DNA of 64,000 nucleotides from Mobula hypostoma (lineage: Eukaryota): assembly GCF_963921235.1 (NCBI RefSeq), contig NC_086108.1:112470001-112534000 (forward strand), in the 5' to 3' direction. Each line of letters opens with the position of its first letter. The stretch's first letter is position 1. The notes under the pieces were generated by a model. The model saw nothing but the letters and a program-made list of their open reading frames with translations. It made no database searches and had not been told where the DNA came from. Below, piece by piece: positions 24,561 through 37,750 of the stretch. The translations under genes were made by a program, and so were the position numbers.

Positions 24561-25364
24561 GCACTACGTATTTATTAACGTGTATCTTCCTGTGGTTCAT
24601 AGTTTTTATTGCACTGCTGTGGCAAAACAACAAATTTGACAATCTATGCTAATGATCCCTGTGGAATGCGTGGCATTTTTCCAGGCAGTCTGGTTTCTTC
24701 TCACAGTATAGTTTAATATTTATTTGTCTATTTAGAGATACCACGTGGAATAGGCCCTTCCTCCCTTCGAGCTGGGCCACCAGCAACCCCTGACAACCCC
24801 AATTTAACCCAAACCTAATCACAGGACAATTTATACTGACTAATAAACCTACCCGTTTCATCACTGGACCGTAGGAAGAAACTGAAGCATTCCACAGGGA
24901 GAACGTACGGAGACTCCTTACAGAGGACGAGGACACCAGGACTGAACTTCCAACTCGCGACGCCTTGCGCTAACCACCATTCCATGACACCCTCAGTAGG
25001 TTCATTAGTCATTGTAAATTGTCCCATAATCAGGTTAGAGTTAAATCCGGGCTTGCTGGCTGGCACGGCTCAAAGGGCAGAATGGGCCTGTTCTGCACCA
25101 TATTGTTAAATAAAATAAATATATTTTCAACCCGATATTCTGATCCTGAAACCACCCTCCAGGGACCACCTCGATCTGTGACCCCCGCCCTGTCCTCTCC
25201 TCTCCTCTAGCCTCAGAGTCAGGTGTAATATCACCGGCATATGTCATGAAATTTGGTGACTTGGTGGCAACAGAACAATGCAATACACAATAATACAAAA
25301 AAACTGAATTACAGTAAATATATATTAAATTGTTAAATTACTAGTGCAAAAATAGAAATAGAAA

Positions 25365-25650
25365 GGGCGGCACAGTAGCACAGTGGTCAGCACAACACTT
25401 CCACAGTACCAGCGACCCAGGTTCAATTCCCAACACTGCCTGTAAGGAGTCTCTGCATTCTCCCTGTGACTGCACAGGTTTCCTCTGGGAGCTCCAGTTT
25501 CCTCCCACAGTCCAAAGATGTACCGGTTAGTAGGTTAATTGGTCATTGTAAATTGTCCCGTGATTAGGCTAGAATTAAATTGGGATTGCTGGGTAGCATT
25601 GCTCAAAGGACCAGGCAGCCTCTCCCATGCTGTATCTTAATAAAAATAGT
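25365..25650 (+). mobile_element. tRNA-derived V-SINE (HE1-like). Other copies at ~6410-6655(-), 12335-12580(-), 20950-21190, 21255-21520, 24730-24990(-), 34075-34300, 45722-46015, 58730-58885(-), 60810-61040
   Basis: tRNA-like head with box B ggttcaattcc, followed by the conserved core ggtttcctc.ggg.gctcc.gtttcctcccacagtccaaaga. Confidence 0.8.
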
Positions 25651-25699
25651 GAGGTGGTGGTCATGGGTGATTCAATGCCCATTTGGAAATCAGACTGCA

Positions 25700-27130
25700 G
25701 AGGGGAGGAAGGTGTCCCTGAATCATTGAGTGTGTGCCTTCAGGTTTTCTGTACCTCCTTCCTGTCGATAGCAATGAGAGGGCATGTCCTGGGTGGTGGT
25801 GGTCCTTAATGATGGCCGCCGCCTTTCTGAGGCATCACTCCCTGAAGATGTTGTAGATACTACAGAGGCTAGTGCCCATGATGGAGCTGACTGAGTTTAC
25901 AACTCTCTGCAGCTTACTTCCATCCTGTCCACTCACCCCCCCCCCCACCATACCAGACAGTGATGCAGCCTGTTAGAATGCTCTCCACAGTACATCTGTT
26001 AAAATTTGAGAAAGTCTTTGGTGATATGCCAAATCTCCTCAAACTCCTAACGAAACGTATCCACTGTTGTGCCTGCTTCACTGCTGCATTGATATACAGG
26101 ACCCTGGTCAGACCCCACTTGGAGTACTGTGCTCAGTTCTGGTCGCCTCACTACAGGAAGAATGTGGAAGCCATAGAAAGGGTGCAGAGGAGATTTACAA
26201 GGATGTTGCCTGGATTGAGGAGCATGCCTTATGAGGATAGGTTGAGTGAACTCAGCCTTTTCTCCTTGAAGTGGCGGAGGAGGAGAGGTGACGTGATAGA
26301 GGTGTATAAGATGATGAGAGGCATTGATTGTGTGGATAGTTAGAGGGTTGTCTGTGGTGGCCAGTGCTTTCATGTTTGCTTTTGTGTGCTGGGGCAGCAG
26401 GCTGAGGGTAGCAGACACCAACAAAATCAACAAACTCATTCGTAAAGCCGTGATGTTGTGGGGATGGAACTGGACTCTCTGATGGTGGTGTCTGAAAAGA
26501 GGATGCTGTCTAAGTTGCATGCCATCTTGGACAGTGTTTCCCATCCACTACATAATGTACTGGGTGGGCACAGGAGTACATTCAGCCAGAGACTCATTCC
26601 ACCGAGATGCAGCACAGAGCGTCATAGGAAGTCATTCCTGCCTGTGGCCATCAAACTTTACAGCTCCTCCCTTGGAGGGTCAGACACCCTGAGCCAATAG
26701 GCTGGTCCTGGACTTATTTCCTGGCATAATTTACATATTACTATTTAACTATTTATGGTTTTATTACTATTTAATTATTTATGGTGCAACTGTAACGAAA
26801 ACCAGTTTCCCCCGGGATCAATAAAGTATGACTATGACTATGAAATAGCAACACCAGAGGTCACAGTTTTAAGGTGCTTGGAAGTAGGTCCAAAGGAGAT
26901 GTCAGGGGTAAGTTTTTTACACAGAGTGGTGAGTGTGTGGAATGGGCTGCCGGTGATGGAGGTGGAGACGGAAACGACAGGGTCTTTTCAGAGACTCCTG
27001 GATGGATACATGGAGGTTAGAAAAATAGAGGGCCATGGGTAAAGCCTGGGTAGTTCTAAGGCAGGGACATGTTTGGGACAGCTTTGTGGGCCGAAGGGCC
27101 TGTATTGTGCTGTAGATGTAGGTTTTCCAT
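25700..27130. mobile_element. Stack of LINE fragments: Rex1(-) 25700-26090, and CR1(+) 26090-27130 interrupted by Rex1(+) 26345-26843
   Basis: Chimeric ORF 25960..26343. ORF 26458..26700 (SHPLH..FSQRLI..TERHRKSFLPVAIKLY) ends in a (tatgac)n tail. CR1 3' UTR resumes after ~26845. Confidence 0.75.
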
Positions 27131-27134
27131 AAAA

Positions 27135-27875
27135 AGATATGCTGATTCCATGATATACCCGGTCTCCACATCCCAGATTCCTTACGCTGCCCACAGATCC
27201 TCGGGACTCGGGACACGGACCCTTGCTCCGCCCAGAGCCTCTGGCCCCGCCCCTTTGGCATGGCCCCGCCCACGCCGGTTGCTCCGCCCACGGACCTATG
27301 ACCCCTCCTTTATGGACCCCTTTCCGCGCCCCCTCACCTCCTCCGGGGCTCGCACCAGCCGGCGCTCCCAGTCGATGCGACCCTTCCGCGGGTCGCTCAA
27401 GAAGCTGGGCCGGGACACGTGGCCGAACAGCTCTTCGGGGCCGGGGAGAGCGAGGCGCGGGCCCGGTTGCGCGTTGCTCTCGGCAACCCGGGCTTCCGGC
27501 GAGACCGCCTCCGCCTCCGGCTCCGTGTCCGACTCCGAGTCCGAGCTCCCGTAGGCGGCGAAGTAGGACAGGGGGTCACTCGGCCCGTCTGCCATGCTGA
27601 CCCTCAGCGCCGTTCAGAGCGGCAAGTAGCAGCCCGAGGCGGACTGTTGCGAGTACATAGAGATCCCGCGACGTCCCCCTCTGCTGGTTGGCGCCTGTAG
27701 CTGCACATTCCTCCTGGTCAGGCCCCCTCTGCTGCTTGGTACCTGTAGCTGCTCAGACATCCTGGTACAGCCCCCTCTGCCGGTTGGCGCCTGTACTTGT
27801 ACAGACCTCCTTCTACATCTCCCTCTGCCGGTTGGCGCCTGTGCCTACACAGATCTGGTACGGCCCCCCCCTCTG
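27135..27875 (-). promoter_or_regulatory. CpG island / promoter region of C1orf52
   Basis: Strongest CpG-rich non-repeat stretch in the window, spanning exon 1. GC boxes GGCCCCGCCC at ~27243 and ~27261. Bounded on both sides by LINE fragments. Confidence 0.75.
27338..27595 (-). CDS. C1orf52: UPF0690 protein C1orf52 homolog, coding exon 1 (86 codons)
   Basis: ATG at 27595. Translates MADGPSDPLSYFAAYGSSDSESD...LPGPEELFGHVSRPSFLSDPRKGRIDWERRLVRAPEE, matching the DPLSYFAAYGSS, LPGPDELF and IDWERHVVKAPEE motifs of C1orf52. Ends at donor GAG|GTGAGG (phase 0). Lies in a CpG-rich island. Confidence 0.95.
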
Positions 27876-28495
27876 AATTGAATTCAAATTATTACTTACA
27901 TCCTTCGTATGTATGAGGAGTAAATATCTTTAGGTTACATCTTCGTCCAAATGTGCAATGTGCAATTTATAGTAATTTGTAATAAATTCTATGTACAACA
28001 GGATAGTCAAGATAGCATAGAAATACAGCGTGAGTTAATCAGTCTGATGGCCTGGTGGAAGAAGCTGTCCCAGAGCCTGTTGGCACTGACTCTTATGCTG
28101 CGGTAATGATCCTTCGGGCCCATTTCACACATCAGTCTTTGTAAATGTCCTGAATAGTGGGAAGTTCACAACTACAGATGCGCTGGGCTGTCCACACCAC
28201 TCTCTGCAGAGTCCTGCGATTGAGTTCCCATACCAGGCAGTGATGCGGCCAGACGGTGCTCTCAGTTGTTCCCCTGTAGAAAGTTTTTAGGATTTGGAGG
28301 CTCATACCAACCTTCAACTGTCTGCGCTGGTGTGTACAGACCACATGAGGTCCTCGGTGATGTGGATGCCGAGGAACTTAAAGCTGTTCGCCCTCTCAAC
28401 CCCAGATCCATTGATGCCCGTCTCCATTCCTCCTGTAATCCACAACCAGCTCATTTGCTTTTGCAACATTAAGGGAGAGATTGTTTTCTTGATAA
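27875..28495 (-). mobile_element. Rex1/Babar LINE 3' fragment just upstream of the C1orf52 promoter
   Basis: ORFs 28132..28344 and 28314..28544 ([23 protein letters not shown]). Reverse tail tgaattgaatt. Same family as 9995-11206. Confidence 0.8.
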
Positions 28496-28568
28496 CGTGT
28501 TGGCACCTGTACCTACTCAGACCTGATGAAGGGACTTGGCCCAAAACGTCGACTATACTTTTTTACAT

Positions 28569-29265
28569 TGTTACCTGTCCCGGGAGTATCTTGTGAGCAT
28601 GATGTAATGGTCGTGATACTGGGATGATGTGATGGCATGTTCGAATCGGTATAAAAGGGGAGACCGCAGTTTGTTGCGTAGTTGTTTTGTTGGGGAGTCA
28701 CAGTCGGTGGTTAGGTAATTGAGGAAAGAGAGAGAGCAAGAGTGAAGAATTTGCCAGCTTCGTACGCAGCTAAGAAATCAACGGCGTTCTGTGTGCCTTG
28801 AATGTGACTGACATTTGGTATGGTCCATACGGGTATTGTGGCACGCACTTTTGGTTAACATCTGATGGTCTCGGGTGTTGTGTGGTGACCACCTCCTGCG
28901 AAAGATCGGTTACTGTGAGAAATCTTATTCTTCGTGATTTCTACGGACAAGGCATTTCTCGGCTGGGATCTGCGTCAGCAGTTTCGTCTTTTCTTCATCG
29001 CTGGTTTGGGAAGTCTCTCCTCTCACTTATTTCATAAATCACTTGGACTCTTTGAACTACCACCTTTAGACTGTGTTTGAGTAAGATCTGTTAAGAACTG
29101 TCTTTAAGTTCGATTGCTTGATAACTATAGACGCATAACACTGTTAACTTCTGTTTAAGTTAGTGGTTTGTTTACTTTTCTATGTTTTTGAGTAGAGGTT
29201 AATAAATCTTGTTTCTTTATAAAAACCTGACTCAATTTCATATCTATTGCTGCTGACGCGTAACA
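28569..29265 (+). mobile_element. Solo LTR (~697 bp) inserted into a PLE pseudo-LTR fragment
   Basis: Inverted termini TGTTAC...GTAACA. TATA-like ggtataaaaggg at ~28648 and AATAAA at 29201. The host pLTR (hammerhead remnant ~28520-28555) continues as gatgctgcctggcc after 29270. Confidence 0.75.
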
Positions 29266-29699
29266 AAAAAGATGCTGCCTGGCCTGCTGAGTTCCTCCAG
29301 TATTTTGTGTATGTTGCTTAGATTTCCAGCATCTGCAGATTTTCTCTTGTTTGTGCCCACCCAGACCTCCTGCTGCTGCCCTCTGTGCTGGTTCATAGAC
29401 CTCCTGGTACACCCCCTCTGCTGCTTGGTTATGTTATCGGCAGAGACATGCATTCACTGTGTTCTCTGCCATTTGGAGACTCTATCTGCAACAGTCTGAC
29501 CCCCACCGAGTATAGCTGCGCCCGGAGCTCCCTCTATCGTGCTCCCTGCTATTCGGCAACATATTTGCACCCAGACCTCTCACTGCAGTCCCCTCTACCA
29601 GTCGCTGATCGTACTTGCACAGAACAGGCTCAGCACCCGGACCTCTCTATCAGACAGCATCTACACTCTGTCGACTTGCTCCCTCACCCGGCAGGTGCA

Positions 29700-31500
29700 T
29701 GTATCTCTATCAGCACCCTGACCTCCCTCTATCGGTCAGTGACTGTATTGGCACCCTGACCTCCCTCTATCTCCTCCTCTGTCGGTCAGTGACTGTATCA
29801 GCACCCAGACCTCCCTCTACCGGTCAGTGACTGTATTGGGACCCAGACCTCCCTCATCTCCCCCTCTGTCGGTCAGTGACTGTATCAGCACCCAGACCTC
29901 CCTCTATCGGTCAGTGACTGTATTGGGACCCAGACCTCCCTCTATCTCCCCCTCTATCGGTCAGTGACTGTATCAGCACCCAGACCTCCCTCTATCGGTC
30001 AGTGACTGTATTGGGACCCAGACCTCCCTCTATCTCCCCCTCTATCGGTCAGTGACTGTATCAGCACCCAGACCTCCCTCTATCGGTCAGTGACTGTATC
30101 GGCACCCAGACCTCCCTCTATCGGTCAGTGACTGTATTGGCACCCTGACCTCCCTCTATCGGTCAGTGACTGTATTGGCACCCTGACCTCCCTCTATCTC
30201 CCCCTCTATCGGTCAGTGACTGTATTGGCACCCTGACCTCCCTCTAACTCCCCCTCTATCGGTCAGTGACTGTATCAGCACCCAGACCTCCCTCTATCGG
30301 TCAGTGACTGTATTGGCACCCAGACCTCCCTCTATCTCCCCCTCTATCGGTCAGTGACTGTATTGGCACCCTGACCTCCCTCTAACTCCCCCTCTATCGG
30401 TCAGTGACTGTATCAGCACCCAGACCTCCCTCTATCGGTCAGTGACTGTATTGGCACCCAGACCTCCCTCTATCTCCCCCTCTATCGGTCAGTGACTGTA
30501 TCAGCACCCTGACCTCCCTCTATCGGTCAGTGACTGTATTGGCACCCTGACCTCCCTCTATCTCCCCCTCTATCGGTCAGTGACTGTATCAGCACACAGA
30601 CCTCCCTCTATCGGTCAGTGACTGTGTCGGCACCCTGACCTCCCTCTATCTCCCCCTCTATCGGTCAGTGACTGTATCAGCACCCTGACCTCCCTCTATC
30701 GGTCAGTGACTGTATTGGCACCCTGACCTCCCTCTATCTCCCCCTCTATCGGTCAGTGACTGTATTGGCACCCTGACCTCCCTCTAACTCCCCCTCTATC
30801 GGTCAGTGACTGTATCAGCACCCAGACCTCCCTCTATCGGTCAGTGACTGTATTGGCACCCAGACCTCCCTCTATCTCCCCCTCTATCGGTCAGTGACTG
30901 TATTGGCACCCTGACCTCCCTCTAACTCCCCCTCTATCGGTCAGTGACTGTATCAGCACCCAGACCTCCCTCTATCGGTCAGTGACTGTATTGGCACCCA
31001 GACCTCCCTCTATCTCCCCCTCTATCGGTCAGTGACTGTATCAGCACCCTGACCTCCCTCTATCGGTCAGTGACTGTATTGGCACCCTGACCTCCCTCTA
31101 TCTCCCCCTCTATCGGTCAGTGACTGTATCAGCACACAGACCTCCCTCTATCGGTCAGTGACTGTGTCGGCACCCTGACCTCCCTCTATCTCCCCCTCTA
31201 TCGGTCAGTGACTGTATCAGCACCCTGACCTCCCTCTATCGGTCAGTGACTGTATTGGCACCCTGACCTCCCTCTATCTCCCCCTCTATCGGTCAGTGAC
31301 TGTATTGGCACCCTGACCTCCCTTTATCTCCCCCTCTATCGGTCAGTGACTGTATCAGCACCCAGATCTCCCTCTAACTCCCCCTCTATTGGTCAGTGAC
31401 TGTATCGGCACCCAGACCTCCCTCTGTCTCCCCCTCTATCGGTCAGTGACTGTATCAGCATCCTGACCTCCCCCTATCTTGCTCTCTGTCAGTCAGTGAC
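29700..31500. repeat. Minisatellite of 38-bp and 50-bp units with a 540-bp higher-order repeat
   Basis: Unit tatcggtcagtgactgtattggcaccctgacctccctc, with or without a 12-bp insert tatctccccctc. 30181-30780 is identical to 30721-31320. Confidence 0.95.
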
Positions 31501-33309
31501 TATATGCACTCTGTCTACCTGGTCTGAAACTGGATTTCCACCCTCCCCCTCTCCCCCACCGGCCCTTTGCCGGTTGCTGACTGTACTTACATGCCGGCCT
31601 CTCACTGTGACACCTCTACCGGGCAGCAAACCTCCCATTACTGCGCCCTCTGTTGGTCCTTGGAACCTCCGGCTCTGCTAGTTGTGAGGTGGGCAGATGG
31701 TGCTGAATGGAACAGGCAAAGGGACGGTTAGTGAGGTGGTACTAATGACCCAGACCCTCCATGTGGTCTCACTGGACTGGCCAGCAGGTCGCAGCGAAAC
31801 ACAAGGCCACCTTTCTTATATATTAGAAAGAGAGAAAATCAGAGAGGGAGTTCCAGAATTTGGGAATAAGATGCTATTAAACTGGAAAGTGGACAGAAAA
31901 GATTCAAGAGGATGTTGCCAGAACTCGAGGGATTGGGTTATGTTGAGAGGATGAGCAGATTTCACTGGGGTACAACAGACTGAGGGGTGATCTTACAGAG
32001 GTGTAAAAAGACACTGTCTTTTTCTCGGGGTTTGGGAATCAAGAATTCAAGGGCAGAGGTGAGAAGGAAGAGCTTTAATAGGAACCTGAGGGGCAACATT
32101 TACACCAAGATGGTGGTATGTTTATGTAGCGAGTTACCAGGGGAAGTGTTGGAGGCAGCTGCATTAACAATATTTGCAAGACACCTGGACAGGTACACGA
32201 GATTCTGCAGATGCTGGAAATCCAGAGCAACACACACAAAGTGCTGGAGGAACTCAGCAGGTCAGGCAGCATCTGTAGAAATGAATAAACTGTTGCTGTT
32301 TGGGGCCAAAGGGCCTGTTTCTGTGCTGTATGACTCTGTGACTCTACAGGACAGTTATACATTGTCAATGTCAGCTGTCAAATCTGAAGTGATCAAGTGG
32401 CTGGGATTGACCGTGGGGATCTCAGGGAGTTGTGAGACAATGAAAGCAGTCACGAAAACAAAACAAGGGCAAAATATTTAACATCTGAGTCAGGAGGCTA
32501 TAAGGCTCTTACTGTAATCACAAGTAAAAGATTGTTGTTCTTTAAACTTTAGAAACTAGTTGGGAAATTTAGTGAGAGTATCTGGGCAGATGGGGCTCAT
32601 CTCAAAGAAGAAAGACTCTGATCTGAAACCTCTGTTGCCTTGTGCCTATACCCACTCATGGGGAAGGCTTTGGGAGTAAATCCTGAAGCAGGAGTCCCTG
32701 AGGCAGCCCTACGTCAAGTTCAGCGCTGACTGGCAACTCCTGTGACACCGCTGGTGCCAAACTGTATCGGTCTCTGTTGCTCCTTTGAAATGATCAGCTG
32801 AGTGGAAAAGGGGGAGCCTGTTGCATGGGCGACAGGACGATACAGAGAGCAAGCTGCCCTGGCTAGGCTATCATATAGACAGCGTGGGCCCAACGGCCAT
32901 GGTCGAGCCCCGAGCAAATTTATCCAGAGTGTCCCTATTGAGAGCAGTAGTTGATGACTGTAGAAAACTCCCAGAGGAAAATAAACAAGGAAATATGGAA
33001 ATTAAGAGTTGGTAAAAAGAGATGTTTATTTTAACCAATCAAATCCCATCACCCTTTGACTAGACACATTGATTGTGTAGAATGCAGATGATTGTTAATC
33101 AATACATCACACAGAACTCATACAAGTCAAGTAATGATTGATAGAAGTGAGAAATTCCCACTGCCATTGTTAACCTGAGTTAACTCTCAACTGATGCTAC
33201 CGGTCAATGGGAAAGTCTTTGACATGTTACAGCAATTGTTCATGGTTTCAGTGACTCTACAAAATACACAAACTTTAAACACAACACATGACAGTTCTGG
33301 TCACTCCAT

Positions 33310-33915
33310 TACTAGTCGAGGCACTGAGTGCAAAAGTCAGGAAGTTATGTTGCAGCTGTATAAAACTCTAGTTAGACCGCATCTGGAGTATTGCATACGG
33401 TTCCGGTCACCCCAGTATGGGAAGGATGTCGGGGCTTTGGAGAGGGTGCAGAGGAGGTTCACCAGGAAGCTGCCTGGATTAGAGAGCGTGGGCTATAATG
33501 AGAAGTTGGACAAACTTGGGTTGTTTTCTCTGGAGTGATGGAGGCTGAGGGGAGATCTGATAGAGGTTTATAAGATTATGAGAGGGATAGATAGAGCAGA
33601 AAGACAGTATCTTTTTTCCCAGGGTTGAAATGTCTAATACCAGAGGGCATGCATTTGAGGTGAGAGGGGTAATTTCAAAGGGGATGTCAGGGGCAAGTTG
33701 TTTTTACACAGAGTGGTGGGTGCTTGGAGTGGTGGTAGAGACAGATACATGAGGGACTTTTAAGAGGCGTTTAGATAGCTGCATGAGTGTGAGGAAAATG
33801 GAAGGATGGGGCATTGTGTAGGTAGAGGGGATTAGTTTAGCTGGCCATTTAATTACTAATTGAACTGGGTCAGCACAACGTTGTGGGCGGTTCTGTCCCT
33901 GTGCTGCACTGTCCG
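33310..33915 (+). mobile_element. CR1 3' fragment
   Basis: ORF 33194..33538 C-terminal half (LYKTLVRPHLEYC, ERVQRRFTR), followed by CR1 3' UTR. Confidence 0.85.
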
Positions 33916-34691
33916 ATGAGATTCTGCAGATGCTGGAAATCCAAAGCAACACACACAAAGTGCTGGCCAACAGATCAAGCAGCGTCTATGGAGGGAACAC
34001 ACAGTCGATATTTCGGGCTGAAAACTGTCTTCATTACCAAGCCAACTGTTTGCAAAAACGATGCCGCAGAACCGCAGTAGCGTAGCAGTTTAGAGCAACA
34101 CTCCAACAGCTGAGCGTGTTGGAATTCGGAGCTCAATCCCGGCGCGTGTTCCTTCCCGTGTGCATGGGCTTTCTTTGGGTGCTCCGGTTTCCTGCCACAG
34201 TCCAGAGACATACTGGTCAGAAGGTTGTAAACTGTCCTGGGTTAAAATGGGTGGTGTGGCTTACTGGGCGTGAAGAGCCTGTTCTGCACTGCCTCTTGAA
34301 ATTTAAAAGAAAAGCTCCTTTCCTTCAGATTAGGTTCTGATGGTAATTAAATTGTGGGTCAGTAGAACCAGGGGTCATGCAATATCTTACAAGGGCCCAT
34401 TTAATTCACAGCAGCCTGGTGGGGATGGCTGACCGATACCAGAAGCCACTGTTTCACAAATATCGGACAAGAACGCTGCTTCCTGAATTCAAGTATTTAG
34501 TTACACAACTGTAAGTTCAGCCACAGATCGATCGGTTCGGAGCATGTCACAGCGAATTAAGCATTAAGAGAATTCTAGTTATCCAAATAAAGACTCAATT
34601 AATTGTCCCTGCTGTGGGAAAATTATATCCTTATTCACATCCGCCTTAGCGGGGAGTTAACGACAGAAAAACTGCAGTTTGAGCACTGAGG

Positions 34692-35424
34692 ACATAGAAA
34701 CATAGAAAATAGGTGCAGGAGTAGGCCATTCGGCCCTTCGAGCCTGCACCGCCATTTATTATGATCATGGCTGATCATCCAACTCAGAACCCTGCACCAG
34801 CCTTCCCTCCATACCCCCTGATCCCCGTAGCCACAAGGGCCATATCTAACTCCCTCTATATATTAAATATAGCCAATGAACCGGCCTCAACTGTTTCCTG
34901 TGGCAGAGAATTCCACAGATTCACCACTCTCTGTGTGAAGAAGTTTTTCCTAATCTCAGTCCTAAAAGGCTTCCCCCTTATCCTCAAACTGTGACCCCTC
35001 GTTCTGGACTTCCCCAACATCGGGAACAATCTTCCTGCATCTAGCCTGTCCAATCCCTTTAGGATTTTATACGTTTCAATCAGATCCCCCCTCAATCTTC
35101 TAAATTCCAACGAGTACAAGCCTAGTTCATCCAGTCTTTCTTCATATGAAAGTCCTGCCATCCCAGGAATCAATCTGATGAATCTTCTTTGTACTCTCTC
35201 TATGGCAAAGATGTCTTTCCTCAGATTAGGGGACCAAAACTGCACACAATACTCCAGGTGTGGTCTCACCAAGGCCTTGTACAACTGCAGTAGTACCTCC
35301 CTGCTCCTGTACTCGAATCCTCTCGCTATAAATGCCAGCATACCATTCGCCTTTTTCACCGCCTGCTGTACCTGCATGCCCACTTTCAATGACTGGTGTA
35401 CAATGACACCCAGGTCTCGTTGCA
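34692..35424 (-). mobile_element. Young 5'-truncated CR1, same subfamily as 1-911
   Basis: ORF 34856..35428 is nearly identical in protein to ORF 40..816. Reverse tail catagaaacatagaaaataggtgcagg. Confidence 0.93.
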
Positions 35425-37117
35425 TCACATCAAAATCTGATCTGAGTCTTACTTATTCCAGCCTCTGGTTTGTTATTAACAGAAGTGATGCTGGAAATCC
35501 AGAGTAACACACACACCCACAAAATGCAGGAGGAACTCAGCAGGTCAGGCAGCATCTATGAAAATGAATAAACATTTGAGGAAGGATCTTGGCTCAAAAT
35601 GGTGACTTTTTATTCCTTTCCATAGAACTGCCTGACCTGCTGAGTTCCTCCAACTCATTAGTTCATTGATAGCATCTTTACATATCCACACATCCTTTTT
35701 TCCATTAGAGAAAAGCATTGTTCCTGCTCTAGAATCTCACGACACAGAAACTGGCCCTTTGGCCCATCTTGCCCATGCTAACCATGCCCAGTGAGCTAGT
35801 CCCATCTCCCCACGTTTGGCCCACAGCTCTCCAAACCTCTCCCACCAATGTACTTGGACATGGACCCAGGGAGACTGTGGTGTCTTGGGCACATGCTAGA
35901 TAGAGTGGATGTGGAGAGGACGTTTGCTATAGAGGGGGGAGTCTAGGACCAGAGGGCACAGCCACAGGATAGAGGGACATCCATTTAGAACAGAGATGAG
36001 GAATGTCTTTCGCCAGAGAATGGTGAATCTGTGGAATTCATTGCCACAGACGGCTGTGGAGGCCAAGTCATTGGGTATATTTAAAGCAGAGGTTGACAGG
36101 TTCTTGATTAGTTGGGGGTAAAAGGTTATACGGAGAAGGCAAGAGAACATGGCCTTCTATCTGGAACCCATGAGAGACATTACAGAAATGGCAAAGAAAG
36201 GAGAACCCTTGCTTTCCAGTCCTGCTGAAGGGTCTTGGCCTGAAACATCAACTGTTTATTCCCCTCCATAGATGCTGCCTGACCTGCTGAGTTTCTCCAG
36301 CATTTGTGTTGCTCAGCATCTTCTCACCTGCCTATCACCTCTTTCCCTTTCTCCCATGGTTCAGTCTCCTCTCCGATCAGATTCCTTTCTCTACAGCCCT
36401 TTACCTATCCTGCCCTCCTGGCTTCACCAATCACCTTCTAGCTACCCTCCTTCCCCTCTCCTGACATCTTCCCTCTTCCTTTCCAGTCCTGAAGAAGGCT
36501 CTTGGCCCGAAATGTCGGCTGTTTAGTCATTTCCACTGGTGCTGCCAGATATTTAACAGAGGTATGGACAGTTACATGGAGGGTAGGGGTATGGAGGGCT
36601 ATTGTCTCGGTGCAGGTCGATGGGAGTAGGAGGTTTAAATGGTTCAGCACAGACTAGATGGGCTGAATGGAATGTTTCTGTGCTGTACTTTTCTATGAAT
36701 CTATGTGCTGGTGGCAGAAATCTCATCGCTGTGATTCTCTGTGAATGAATCATCTTGAAACATTGGCCCACACTCAAACAGGTTCAGACAGGTTACACCG
36801 TCAGTACACGCCAGGAAGTGTGCTCATTCTTTCGAGGTAGATCAGCTGTGAATATACCGGATGAAAAATACAGCGGATTAACTCTTTCTACCTCCCAGCT
36901 TCTCCCATCATCTCCGCCCTCCCCTCCCACCCGCCAGCATCACCTATCACCCTCCAGCTTGTCGTCCCTTCCCTCCCCCCAGCTTTTTTATTGTGCTACC
37001 TCCCCCTTTCCTCTCCAGTCCTGATGAAGGGTCTTGGCCTGAAACTTCCACTGTTGATTCCTCTTCCTAGATGCTGCCTGACCTGTTGAGTTCCTCCAGC
37101 ATTTTGTGTGCGCTACT

Positions 37118-37750
37118 CGAAATTGCTGCACAAGTTGATAGGTGTTTGAGAAGGTGTATGGGGTTCTGTCCTCTAGTAGTCGGCAGACTGAGTTAGGGTA
37201 GTGCTGCAGCTCTATGAAACCCTGGTCAGACCACTCCTGGAGTACTGCGTTCAGTTCTGCTCACCCCACCATAGGAAGGATGTGGGTTTTAGAGAGGGTG
37301 CAGAGGCAATTTACCAGGATGCTGTCTGGATTAGACAGCATGTCTCATGAGGACAGGTTGAGCGAGCTAGAGCTTTTCTCTTTGGATCAAAGGAGAATGA
37401 GAGGTGACTTGATAGAGCTGTACAAGATGGTGAGAGGCGTTGATCAACTGGTCACCAGAACGTGGAAATGGCTAATACAAGGGGGCATAAATTGATTGGA
37501 GGAAAGTACAGGGAACGTTAGAGACAGGATTTTTTTTCCACAGAGACTGTGGTACGCCCTACCGGGGTGGTAGAGGCAGATACATTAGGGACATCGAAGA
37601 AACTTAGAGAGGCAAGTAGATGATAGAAAAATGGGAGAGCTATGTAGGAGGGAAGGGTTAGGTTGATCTTGGGGAAGGTTAAAAATCAGCACAGCACTGT
37701 GGGCCAAAGGGCTTGCACTGTGCTGTAACGTTCTGTGTCCTATGCTCTAA
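37118..37750 (+). mobile_element. CR1 3' fragment
   Basis: ORF 37214..37495 (ERVQRQFTRML, RMRGDLIE). Confidence 0.8.

Noticed and set aside
25365..25440. tRNA gene (also at 48323 and other SINE heads)
   Set aside because: Box A/B motifs run directly into the V-SINE core, and no complete cloverleaf is evident.
29700..31500. CRISPR-like regular array
   Set aside because: No unique spacers, no cas genes and a vertebrate context. It is a minisatellite. The same applies to 39042-39796 and 58301-58640.
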